A DNA stretch of 64,000 nt, from assembly GCA_951406725.2 (NCBI GenBank), contig OX597817.1:107074001-107138000 (forward strand). Reading direction: 5' to 3'. The notes below the pieces were generated by a model, which worked only from the letters and a program-made list of their open reading frames with translations, made no database searches and was not told the origin of the DNA. This DNA is from Octopus vulgaris (taxonomy: Eukaryota). Below are positions 1 to 11,835 of the stretch, piece by piece. Every line of letters starts with the position of its first letter. The first letter of the stretch is position 1. The translations under genes and the position numbers were made by a program.

Positions 1-20
1 TATATATATTTACAAGAATA

Positions 21-170
21 TTGTGTGGCAAGAAGCTTGCTTACCAACTACACGATTCCAGATTCAGTCCCACAGCATGGCACCTTGACCAATTTTCTTC
101 TGCTATAGCCTTGGGCTGATCAAAGCCTTGTGAGTGAATTTGGTAGAGAGAAACTAAAAAGAAGCCTGTC

Positions 171-212
<42 letters not shown>

Positions 213-415
213 GTGTCTGTGCTTGTCCTCCCCTACCATCGCTTGACAACTGATGTTGGTGTGTTTACATCCCTGTAACTTAATAGATTGGCAAAAGAGA
301 TCAATAGAATAAGTAATAGGCTTGCAAAGCATAAGTCCTGGGTCAATTTGTTTGACTAAAGGTGGTGCTTCAGCTTGGCCACAGTCAGATGACTGAAACA
401 AGTAAAAGAATAAAA
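21..415 (+). mobile_element. tRNA-derived CORE-type SINE (family A) with internal (TA)n
   Basis: tRNA-like head (gtgtggcaagaagcttgc...gattcagtccc), CORE-like ggcaccttgaccaa, internal (TA)n at ~172-207, tail gaaacaagtaaaagaata. Matches the near-consensus copy at 23113-23527. Confidence 0.85.
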
Positions 416-550
416 TGATACACACACACACACACACACACATATAGGTAGACAGCTAGAGCTTTATAAAATACAGTCTAAAAATCCAAGAAGATGAATC
501 ACTAATGACATGAAATAGCACATATACTGACAAGACAAAAAAGAAATTTA

Positions 551-1792
551 TGAGGGTTGACTGAAAACTTCATAGACTGACAAAGATACTCTCATGCTAT
601 GTGACCAAATGAAGTTTGGTTTTCAACATAGTCCTCCCTATGGTTCACACACTTCTTCCATTGGTGTTGCAGTGCTTTGATCCAATTGATGAAGATGCTT
701 TCATCGTGTTGGTAAAAAAAGCCATCATCATTGCTGTCATATTGGTTCCCAGCCAAGTGTTTTTTCAATGTGGAGAAAAGATGATAGGGCTAAATAAGGA
801 GAATAAAGTGTGTGATCAACCAATTCAAAGCTACAGTCATACACAGCAGTCATTAAAACCAAGGATTTGTGTCCTGGAGCATTGTCCTGATGAAACAAGA
901 CCCCTTTGATCAATTTTCTTGGGTGGTTGGTCTTGATAGCCTTTTGTAACTGCCTTGGCAAGTTGGCATAGTACTAACCGTTGATGGTGTGGCTCTTTTG
1001 AAGATAGTCAATAAACATAATGCCTTTTGCATCTCAAAAAATTGAGGCCATCACTTTCCCTGCAGATGAAATGATCTTGGCCTTCTTTGGAGCAGGTGAG
1101 GAGGAGTGTTTCAACTGCATGGGTTGTCTCTTTGTCTCTGGCTCAAATTGATGAAGCCAACACTCATCCTGGATTAGGAAACGTTCAAAGAAACCAGCAG
1201 GATTTGCCTGAAACAATGCTAGATTTTCCCATGATATGATCAGCCTGATGCACTTTTGATCAGGTGTCAGAAGACATGGCACCAACTGAACAAAAACCTT
1301 CACCATGCCAAGCTCATTGTGCAGAATATTCTCTACTCTCTTATATGATAGGTTAATAGCATTGACCATTTCATTTATAGTCAATTACCTGCCATCCATC
1401 ATCAAGTGGTGAATACAGTCAATGTTTTTCTCGGTAGCAGCAGCTGCAGGACATCCAGACCTTGGGTCATCTTCAAGGCATTCCCTTCTTCTAAATTCAG
1501 CTGTCCAGCCTTGCATTGTTGATAAAGCTGGTGTGTCATATCCAAATGTAGTAACCATGTCAGCATGAATGTCCTTGGGGGCTAAACCCTTTTCCTGCCA
1601 AATTTTATCCATTTTCAACATAAGTCACAACTAGTTACTTCTGAAGTCTTCTTTGAACAGTCAGCTCTCAGTTTATATGGAAAGAAACAATGCAGTTTTT
1701 AATAAGAAGTGTTGAAATTAATGTATGTAAGATTTCGCAGCTGTACCATCACTCCTTCATAGTCAGCCTATGAACTTTTCAACCAACCCTTG
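551..1792 (-). mobile_element. Full-length defective mariner transposon, irritans (Himar1/Hsmar2-like) subfamily
   Basis: 31-bp imperfect TIRs at 551-581 and 1762-1792, TA on the left flank. Broken transposase on the - strand with DDPRSG, LVPCLLT (WVPREL-like), QDECW (DETW), SAGKVMAS, HQDNAPGH and YSPYLA (YSPDLAP) motifs, plus stops and frameshifts. Confidence 0.92.
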
Positions 1793-1991
1793 CATCTTCT
1801 GTTTAATCCATGAATCCAAACCTGGACTGAAAAAACATGTTCTCAGACACAATCATCCCACAGGCAAATGCAATCATTCCTGTAGAGATGGTGAGTTTTG
1901 TTTGTTATATTTGCTTCAGATCTTGTAAATCATGACTTGGTCATGGAATCACATTTCAGATTATCAGGCATGTTTGAAAAACTGCCTTATT

Positions 1992-2361
1992 ACCTTCGCC
2001 AAGGAAGGAGGTTATGTTTTCATCAGCATTGGTTTGTCCATCTGTGTGCAAATTAACTCAAAAAGTTGTGAATCGTATTTGATGAAAGTTGCAGGAAAAG
2101 TTGGTAATGACACAAGGAACAGATAATGAAATTTTGGTAGTGATCCTGGAATTTTTATGGAATCTTGAAGGATTTTTCATTTGTTATATCTACTTTACAT
2201 GAAGTATTGTTACATTCTTTGATTATCTCCCTTGAAAACATGTTCATCATTTCCACATAACCTATGGTGGCATTGCTGTTTCCAAAGTTTATTTTTGAAT
2301 CTCTATTAGTAATTTGACTCACGTATCTATCTTAAAATGAGCTGCTTGGCGGAGGTCTGCA
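1992..2361 (+). mobile_element. HINE/DINE-1-like non-autonomous Helentron element (3' hairpin lost)
   Basis: 5' subterminal repeat accttcgccaa and 3' inverted ttggcggaggt (2346-2356). Same termini as the copy at 3373-3500. Confidence 0.7.
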
Positions 2362-2760
2362 GAGGATGACATGACAAGCCTTGACTATTGGTATCGACTC
2401 AAAAGGCTCAGGCTTTGCCCCTCCACCACCGCTGTGAGCTCTATATCATCTGTATGATGTGGAAAATATTCCATCAACATTGCCCATCTTTAAAATTCAT
2501 CTGAGGCTTGGGCCCCGTGCCATCTGTTCACTACAGAAATGTTTGTGTCGTATCACAACACTATGACAGAACTATTTCACCTCAATTGGCCCTGCTCTCT
2601 TCAACAGTGTGCCAGACACACATAAAGGAGGAAAGTGACTTCACGGCATTCAACCAATCCCTAGATGATTACCCCTGACAAATAGCAGATAAACCACTCA
2701 CACTCAGATATGTCTCTGAAAACAATAACCCTCTGCTTGAATGGGTTACGGTTCCCCAGA
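2362..2760 (+). mobile_element. CR1-like LINE 3' ORF2 relic
   Basis: Translates to LDYWYRLKRLRL...ELYIICMMWKIF...GPALFNSVP, resembling the CR1 C-terminal YWERLKxL..RRERY.I..WKI..P.LFN motif series. Confidence 0.6.
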
Positions 2761-3372
2761 GCTGACTGTACTATTAAATTAGACATGACCTGAGTCAACT
2801 TTGGCCGAAACTTATCTAAGTAATCTAATCTATGCTGTAACCTTTTAATCAAAGCATGACAACGTGAGTAGAGGTTGATATCTTAACATTTCTGATGGTG
2901 TTAAGTATAAAAAAATTATTAAAGATTTATATAGAACTACATTCAGAGTATGTCTGTAAGCTATTGTGTTTAGACCTGGTTTCTATCCTCAAACTGTTCT
3001 GTTTTGTAGATGCATTTTTTTTTTTTACTAAAGCACTCCAAAATTAGAAAAGTCAAAAATCTGCAACAATCTCGGTCCCATGAGTATCGGATAATGGATT
3101 TTCAACAATGTAAAGAAACTGATTGTGGTGATCGTAGTTTTGATGGTGATTGTAGTGAAAGCAAATACAGTGTTGATGATGATGATGGTCGAGATAAGTA
3201 TAGGAGGAGGATAAAATAGTATCGGTGGTTATAATGGCGACAGGAGCGGTGTGATGTGTGATGCTGAGGTGATGGTGATAATAGTGGTGTTGATGATAGT
3301 GTTAGTTGTGTGATGGTGGTATTGTAGTGTTTTTACTGGTTGTGGTGGTGAAAGTGACTGTTATTTTTTTTT

Positions 3373-3500
3373 ACCTCCGCCAAGGAGATTATGTTTTTGC
3401 CTGCATTGGTTTGGGAAGTAGGGTGATTTTCAGCATGCGTCTATATGGGTGAAAATGACCTGCTGGGCGGAGGTCTGCACTTTCCAAGTGCTTTTCTAGT
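3373..3500 (+). mobile_element. Short HINE/DINE-1-like element
   Basis: acctccgccaa...gggcggaggt subterminal inverted repeats, 3' hairpin gcactt-tcc-aagtgc (3477-3491), ctagt end, T-run on the 5' flank. Confidence 0.75.
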
Positions 3501-3769
3501 AGTTTAGCGTGTTTTTATTTGCTGGTTTTTAGTAGAGTGTATTTTATGCTGTCCTTATGTCATTTTTAAACTTTGGTCTTTTTTCACTCTTCATTTTATT
3601 CTGTTTTCTTATTCTAAAAAAAGTTTAAACATTCCTACATAGATTTTTGTAAGGTTTTGTGTTAATGTTTTAAAACCTGCATGAGGCCAGGAAGATCTAA
3701 ACTGATTAGTATGTTTAAAGAGAAAGGATGGTTTTAGTTCCCTATTATTTTCCCTCTTTCCTCTTCTCA

Positions 3770-3800
<31 letters not shown>

Positions 3801-4815
3801 GTGCATATATACATGCATACACATGCACACACACACAGTTATATATATATGTACACACACACACACACATGTGTATGAGTGTTCTACCAACCTTGTATAT
3901 GTGGGTAGATGTGTCCTCTGTGAATCTACCTGTGTATTTGTGGATGTGCACATGCAAAAACCATGTATCCACTCACACACACGTGTGTGTGTGTACCTTT
4001 GTGAGATTTTGTATGTATATTTTACACAATGTTTGTTGTATGTTTGTATATTGTGTCTTTTGTCTATGTGCCTGGGTATCTGTATGCATGTGTATTGTAC
4101 GAATGTATGAGAGTGTGCATGTGTGCTCTTTCATCATATAACACTCTTACCAGCTTTTTTCTGTAGTCCCTAACAGTCTTTCTTGTTTCTCCCAACAGGT
4201 GCTTACTTTAGTGACATCAGTTATAGCTTATGAAATGTGTTGTCAAATTCCCTTGTGACAAAGATTTTGTTGTCAGCCAGTTTGCTTTTTTATTTTATTT
4301 GTTGATTAAAAAAAGGAATACATAGCTAGTTTCTTAACTTCAGACACATTCTTGCATGATTTCTGGTCTAAATTTTAAACTATTTTTCAACACCTGGAGT
4401 CTTTGCTGCTTTCTTCATTTTATTCTGTTTTTTTTTTTTTTATTCTAGTTAAACATTAAATAATTACAGAGTAGATATTTGTAATGTTTGATTGAATCTC
4501 AGCTAGTTTTTTGCTATTTCCCGTTGATATTGATAATTAAACAAATTCCAGGCAAGAACAGCCTGTATTTTATTTAGAAGTACAATGTATCAGGACTACA
4601 TTGTTTGAAGATGGCTAGGTGTAATTTGAGGGTGATTTAGCTGTTATTTCTTGTAGACCAAGTGATTAAGTAGAAGTTTTCTTCTTGGCTCATTTTTATT
4701 CACAGTTTCTAAGGTGTAATTATTAGAGCACCAGATTAAATGATTTGAATTATTTCATTTTATGCTCCTAGGGTTTGAATTCAAATCCTGCCTGTGGCTG
4801 ACTTTTTCCATCCCC

Positions 4816-5190
4816 TTATCTTTTATCTTTTACTGGTTTCAGTCATTAGACAGTGACCATAATGGGAGACCACCTTGAAGAACTTTAGTGGAATGAAATA
4901 ACCCCACTACTTATTATTTTTTAAAGACTTATTCTATTGGTTTCTTTTAGCTGAACTGTTAAGTTATGGGAATGTAGGCAAACTAACACTGGTTGTCAAG
5001 CTATGGTGGAGGTCAAACACACACACACATACGCATGCATGCAAGAGGTTTCTTTTAGCTTCCATCTACCAAATCCACTCACAAGGTTTTGGTCAGCCCA
5101 TGGCAACAGTAAAAGGTGCCATACAGTGGAACTGAACTCCAAACCATGTGATTAGAAAGCAAACTTTTTACTACACAGCCATGCCTGTAC
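4816..5190 (-). mobile_element. Family A CORE-type SINE
   Basis: Reverse complement of the family A head and tail, with internal (CA)n. Confidence 0.8.
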
Positions 5191-6291
5191 CTATGGGACA
5201 ACAAAAAAAGAGGAAAAAAACAGAAGGTTAATTTTGTATTTGGAGTTTCCAGAACAATCATTGCTCCTCTTCTTTCTGTTCTATGTTAGAAATGGTATCT
5301 GGCTGTGAAACATAACATCCAGATTTTCATTAGAGTGATGTTCATTATTATCAGGATCAGATCATTATTGGTTGCATCACTTAAAGTACATGGGGGGAAA
5401 AAAACTGCAAATTACAACCATCCTTTCTCTCTAAGCATATTGATTTATAGAAGTATTCACACACAGAGTAAGATATGCATATGTTAACAGACATATTTGT
5501 GATAGTGTACTATATTTTATTTATTAAGTATGATATATACTATTGTAACAACAGTATGCTAGCAAGAGTGCAAAGCAACCTAGATTCTAATATTCTGAGT
5601 TCAAAAACCTGCACATTGATAAAATAGGTGTCAATTGATGTTGATTTTATTAACTATACGTGTTGAAAAATTTGTAGCCATGTGCAAATATAAGAAATCA
5701 TTGTTGTATTATAATTGGTACATAAATATATTTACGTCCACATACATAAATACATATATCATCTATCTGCCTGTCTATCAGCCAGTCAGTCAGCCTATCT
5801 GTCTGTCTATTTCTCTATCTGTTTGTTTATTGCATCGTCGTCATCATCATCATCATCATCATCATTTAATGTCTGTCTTCCATGCTGACATGAGTTACAC
5901 AGTTTGGACAGGATCCAATAAAACAAAAGACTGCATCAAGCTCCAATTTCTGTTTTGGCATGGATTTTACAGCTTGATGCCTTTCCTAATACCAACCACT
6001 TCACAGAGTGTCCTGGATGCTTTGTTTTTGTTTTTCATGACACTGGCACTAGTGAGATCACCAAGTAACTCACAAAAGAAGAAAAAGGGTCCCTCGACTA
6101 AGTGCGGTTGTAGTTGAGCCTAAAATAGCTTTTTGTTGCTGGGTGTTGAGAGGTTAAAGAATAATCAACACTCATAAAGAAGGGGTGCATGGCTATCCTA
6201 CATTATATGAGGGCAGGTGGGAGTAGTTTGTGAGAAGACAATGATGGTGGCAATGAAGTGTCAGAGTGTGCTCTCAAGATACAAGAAGTTA

Positions 6292-6525
6292 AGGCAGTGA
6301 GCTGGCAGAATCGTTAGCACGCCGGGCGAAATGCTTAGCGGTATTTCGTCTGCCATTACGTTCTGAGTTCAAATTTCTCTGAGGTCGACTTTGCCTTTCA
6401 TCCTTTCAGGGTCGATAAATTAAGAACCAGTTATGCACTGGGGTCGATGTAATCGACTTAATCCCTTTGTTTGTCCTTGTTTGTCTCTTTCTATGTTTAG
6501 CCCCTTGTGGGCAATAAATAAATAC
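6292..6525 (+). mobile_element. tRNA-derived SINE family B (Meta/MESC-like central domain), tail type B1, young copy
   Basis: Head ggcagtgagctggcagaatcgttagc...gagttcaaat, central gcctttcatcctttcagggtcgataaa, tail ctatgtttagccccttgtgggcaataaa. 13-bp TSD gatacaagaagtt at 6278-6290 and 6526-6538. Confidence 0.88.
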
Positions 6526-6699
6526 GATACAAGAAGTTGAATATAAGAGAGAATACAAAAAATTAGGAATGGTGGATGGAAAAGTTCATTAAAGTGTGAG
6601 AGGTGAATGACAGATGGTTAGAAATGGACGTAGAGATGAATGTAGTGAATGGAACAACGGGGTAGTGGTTAGGTTAGTGTTAAACATCTATATGGTGAT

Positions 6700-9600
6700 A
6701 AATGATAAATGATAAATGATAAAACAGCTCTACCAACAAATGAAAGAACATCAGCAACCAACAAGCCAGTCCAACTGTCACAAACCAGCACCAACACCAA
6801 CAACAAAATCAACATTAACATGCTCAGAAATAAACCCCAATACCCTTCCCCTCCCACTTTCTGATTATTGACATGTTGTCACAGGGGGAAGGAGAAAAGG
6901 GGGGAAAAGAATAGAGAAGCAAACAAAGCAGGGAGGTTTATTACACCCCAAACCAAAACACCCACAGAAAACAAAAGCATTAGCACAAACACACAAACAC
7001 CAAATATCCCCACAATGTTGACAGCTATAAACACTAACAATTCAGACCTAATGGAATACATTAGGTCAAACAACATCACAGAAAACGATACCAAAACAAA
7101 GAATCACCCACGCACAACACACTAAAATCATACATATTACACAGAACACACATAACACACTGAAATCTCTTTACCCAGATGCAGTAGGGAGATTTCTAAA
7201 ATACTTCTCTAAAAAACTGTACAAAAACACTTTGGAAGAAGACTATGAGGTGAAGGACAAACAACTTTCGAACAGTAAGTGACTCTCTTTCTCTCTCATT
7301 CTCTTTCATCTTCCTTTCGTGTGTAAAACACAACTTTCAATAGGAACATGCTCAGAATAGGTTGTATAAATGTATGTGGTTTGGGGTTGCCTTGGAAACA
7401 AGGCTACCTTTTAAATGACATCAAGTCACAGAATGTGCATATCATAGCCATCAGTGAGACCAGACTCCACAACCTGCAGGCCCTCCTGCACACGTTTGGT
7501 GTACTTTTCGACATTTATTTTTCTCCATGTTTACCAAGAATGGTACTGCGGTGCTTTTTCAGAAGAGTCTGGACCTCAAAGTAAGAGCAATATTCCTAGA
7601 CCCAGAGAGTAGGCTGGTCGTCTTGGATGTTGATAGCAGTAATGGGTGTGTTTTTCGACTGATAACAGTTTATTCATTGTCTTTAACAGGTTGGCCAGAT
7701 TTCTTTTGATGTCTAGAGGTTTTCCTGGGAACGTCTCAACCTTTACTTTTAGTGGGGGATTGGAACACTACCTTGGACATGCATCAAGACTACATGAGCA
7801 GAGACAGTAATAGGAGTGGATGTAAATACCTCAAAGACTTGCTCAGACGTTTCCAACTGTCTGACAGGTACTGACTGGACCACCTGAATGTTCCAATGTG
7901 GACATGGAGCAACGGCATCATGTCGTCCAGATTGTACTTAGATAGAGCATTCTGTTGGACAGTAGATAGGGATAGTGTAGATTGTCCACAATTCCATATA
8001 GTTGCCTACACAGATCACAAATTTGTGACTTGTACACTTGACTTAGATAAGAGTCATAGGCAGGGTCCCAGTTACTGGAAGCTTGCCAGGCTTACAGGGA
8101 CCTAAGATTAGCACATTAAGAGAGCATTGACTGGCACCATTGTCAACAATAGATGGTGGTATGCCCTAAAGAAAGCAATTAAACCAGAATCGGTTAGGTA
8201 TAGTAAGGCTCTAGCATTAGACTGAAATAGAATAGAGGGAGACCTAGTTAAGAAATTAGAAGAGGCACTTAGAACTGGCATCATGTCCAACGTACTGGCG
8301 GCGAGGTTAGCCCTCAACCAACACTTCAATGCCAAACACAAAGGATGCGTGCTCTAAGGAACGAAGGAGTTGGAGCCACCTGAGAGACCCAAGTGGCAGA
8401 GGTGCAATGTGGCAACAAGGCCACCATTAGATCTCTGACAGATGAATGAGGGCACAAATTATTTGATCCTAAAAGGATGTGTGAGACCTTTCAACAACAC
8501 TTTGCCCAACTGTTTGGAATAACTGGTGAGTCAGAACAGAGGGTGGACTTTAGTGCCTACCTGCAAGGCCTGCTATGACTCTCGGCAAGAGAGGTGGAGT
8601 ATTGTGAAAGACTCACCACAGTCATGGACATACAGGATGCGATGGCAGGCTGCACAGGAGACAAGTCGCCAGGCTTGGATGGTTTGCCCAATGAGCTCTA
8701 TTGTGATATGCCAGACTTGTTTGGAGGCATCTTGGCAGCAAAACGGGAGTATCCTCGTTTCTGTGAAGTGAGAAGCTGGCACTGCTAAAGAAAGATCCAA
8801 ACAAGGGGAACGTCATAGATAACTTCAGACCCATTACTCTGCTCAACACAGATATGAAGATTTTGGCTAAGGTTCTAGCTGAGAGGTCGGCACTTATCAT
8901 CGAGAAACTGGTTGACAAGGCACAAAAATGCACCATGACAATCTCCATCTGATGCGCTACATCATAGACAGGGTAGTTAAGGAACCTGGCATGGGTGGGG
9001 TGCTGATCAATTTGAATCGACTGAAAGCTTTTAATAGGGTTGACCATTGCTTCTTGGAGGCTGTCCTTAAAGCGGCTGGTTTTGGTCCCATCTTCTGCTA
9101 TTGGATCGCTGCCTTATACAGTGATATCTGCTCGGTAGTTTGCATAAATGGTCATCTATCCAGACCATTTAACATCACGCATTCGGTCCATCAAGGATGC
9201 CCCCTCTTGTTGCTTCTGTATGTATTGACTCTAGAGCCACTACTGCGGAAGCTGGTGACACTGAGGGGCATCCCATGAGAACTGGGATGCGGGAGGAGCA
9301 TGTCTGCATATACGGACAATGTCACTGTGATAGTGTTGATCCACAGGCATATTGATCTGGTCGGTGAGACACTAAAAGAATATGAAGCGGTAACGGGAGC
9401 CAAAATTAACCAGGGAAAGTCAGTGAGCTTGCAGCTTGGCACCTGGAGAAGCAAGCCCATGCCATCCAACTGTGTCTCCATCATGGGATACTGGACCAAC
9501 GGACCAGGTAAATTGCTCAGGGTCTGGTTCAGACAGGACCTCCAAATGGAGAAGAACTGGGATGAGATAACGAGTAGGGGGCTACTCTCACCCAGCAATG

Positions 9601-9907
9601 GGCCGAAAGGAAGCTATCCCTAAAAGGTCAGATGGAGGTGGCAAATGTGTACATCGCATCCACCATCGATTACCATCTGACAGTTGTGACTTGTCGACCC
9701 TACCATCACCAAACTGGAATGCATACTCTTCCGCTTTTTGTGAATGGGAAGCGTTCTGATGGTTAGGCAATCCATTTGCTGTCAACACCTGCTAAATGGA
9801 GGGCTGGGCATGCTGTGATTGAGGATGCACAGACATGCACTGGCGCTTCATAGACGATAGTGAATAGGTGTGATTGCCGTTTGTGAGGCGTGCTTTCCTG
9901 CAGCTCG
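6700..9907 (+). mobile_element. L1/Tx1-clade LINE relic: probable ORF1 3' end plus frameshifted ORF2 (APE endonuclease + RT), 3'-truncated
   Basis: ORF2 starts at 7348 (MLRIGCINVCGL...ISETRL, APE N-terminus). Further motifs: GDWN, LDR, YTDHK, YWKL, KSPGLDGLPNELY, RPITLLNTDMKILAKVLA, KAFNRVDH, HQGCPL, AYTDN (YADD) and GGLGM. Many stops and frameshifts; ends at a (CT)n/(TA)n tract. The left boundary is approximate. Confidence 0.9.
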
Positions 9908-9936
9908 TCTCTCTCTATATATATGTATGTATGTAT

Positions 9937-9977
<41 letters not shown>

Positions 9978-10030
9978 CATATACACATATACTCACCATA
10001 CATACATGCATATATACACGCACACATATT
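9907..10030. repeat. Compound microsatellite (CT)n(TA)n(CA)n
   Basis: Directly visible in the sequence. Confidence 0.95.
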
Positions 10031-10406
10031 TAATGAATTTGTGGTATTCACAAATATATTTTATGTAACAAAATATCAGTTTTTGTATAACTTAACTTTC
10101 AGAGTTTACATCTTCTTGGGGCTTTAGAACAAGCAACATTTTATAATAAAATACACTATTAGAAGAGAAGTTTTAACTATAGGCAGTGAGAGTTAAGAAC
10201 TAATATGCCCCTTACTCCATGTATAATGTTAGCTTTATAGAGAAGCGACAATTATGTGCTATTAAAAGTATATTTGATTGTTTTATCTTACTTCTATACG
10301 TATAATAGAAAGAAAATTAACTCAGACATATTCATGTACGATTTATTTCCCTTGAATTTAGTGTTCTCATTGTCATTCCGGTTCGCTACTACCACCATGA
10401 CCTTTA

Positions 10407-10409
<3 letters not shown>

Positions 10410-10439
<30 letters not shown>

Positions 10440-10557
10440 AGAGAGAGAGAGAGAGAGGAAAAGGGGAAAGAAAGGAAAGAAGAGAAAAAGAAGAAGAAAA
10501 GGAAAAAGAGGAAGACATAAAATTCTTTAGCTCTCATGCTTCACATATGGGAAACTT

Positions 10558-10611
<54 letters not shown>

Positions 10612-10634
10612 ATATATATATATATATATATACA
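10410..10634. repeat. (TA)n, (GA)n/purine tract, (TATC)n and (TA)n microsatellites
   Basis: Directly visible in the sequence. Confidence 0.95.
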
Positions 10635-10636
10635 TA

Positions 10637-11190
10637 CAAGGTGTCCCCCAAAAATGTATACGCGCTTTAAATAATTGTAAAGTATGTGATTATTAAAATA
10701 CATTTCATTTTCAAAATTTTATAGAATCTACAGACATTATTTTATTCTTTTCTCAATGTCTGTTTTCAAACTGACGTCTGTTCTGGTCCAGGCACTGCTG
10801 ACAATGTGAAGCAATGGAAATGTTTGGTATTTGTGTGCATCCACATTTACTGGTTGCTTTCAAATCAGTGACTGTTGCAGGCTTCATAGCACAAACTTTG
10901 TCTTTTAGGTATCCCCATAAAAAAATGTCTAGTGGTGTGAGGTCTGGTGAATGCGGAGGGTATTCAATGAAACCCCTTCATCCAATCCACCTGTTTGGCA
11001 AGATCTCATCAAGGAAGTATCTAACATCGCGATGGTAGCGTGGAGGGTGCCCCATCTTGCTGAAAGTAAAACTCCTTGTCTTCAAAGTCTTCTCTAATGC
11101 TTGGCATGACAGACTGTTGTGGCAAGTAAATGTCACAGTAGCATAAAAAAAGAATGGTCCAATTAATCCTCTTATTTCATTGGTTATCAA
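10637..11190 (-). mobile_element. 3' fragment of a Tc1/mariner-superfamily transposon, rosa/DD41D-like
   Basis: TIR-like end ta|caaggtgtccccc next to (TA)n. The - strand encodes GPFFF, QQDG-like, DVRYFLDEILPNRWIG, SPDLTPLD and GYLKDKV motifs. Confidence 0.8.
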
Positions 11191-11786
11191 TCAACCAACC
11201 ATAACTGAGACAAAGGAATTCAAAAAAATTGATGACCAATTAGATTAAGTAACTGAACAAAAATAACCCCTCCTCACTTCCCGCAAGATTTAAACTACTG
11301 CAAAATGAAAAAAATAACAAAGTAATAAGCATACCACGTTTCTATATGTAAATATAAATTAGTCTGCATATTATTGTTATAATTATATTTATAATTATAA
11401 TGACACAAACTAATACACTGATCCTACATTCTAAACACATATAATACGTATGTACATATAAGCATGTTTGAATGGAAAAATATATATGTATATATATATT
11501 TGAGTGTGTATGTATGTGTGTATATGCATATATATGTTCCTCATGTGTATGCAGCTTCGTTCTGACATAACTGTAATAACTTTAAGATATATTGATTTTA
11601 TAGATTGCAAAATTACTATTCTTATAACTTTAAAAAATCTATGTTTATATTCTATATTTTATCTTATATGAATAATAGAATGCATCTAATATTAATAATA
11701 ATTGATTATTGTGTATGCTTATAAATATAAATATGTATGTACATTTATGTGTATATATTAAGTATTTATGTATATTTATATATGTA

Positions 11787-11832
<46 letters not shown>

Positions 11833-11835
<3 letters not shown>

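Noticed and set aside
3010-3350. Acidic ORF / coding exon
   Set aside because: It is a degenerate (GAT/GGT)n low-complexity tract.
3609-4141. Overlapping 75-137 aa ORFs rich in C/V/Y/I/H/T (also 9763-10127, 30328-30863, 36107-36407)
   Set aside because: These are translations of (TG)n/(TA)n/(CT)n microsatellites with no protein motifs.
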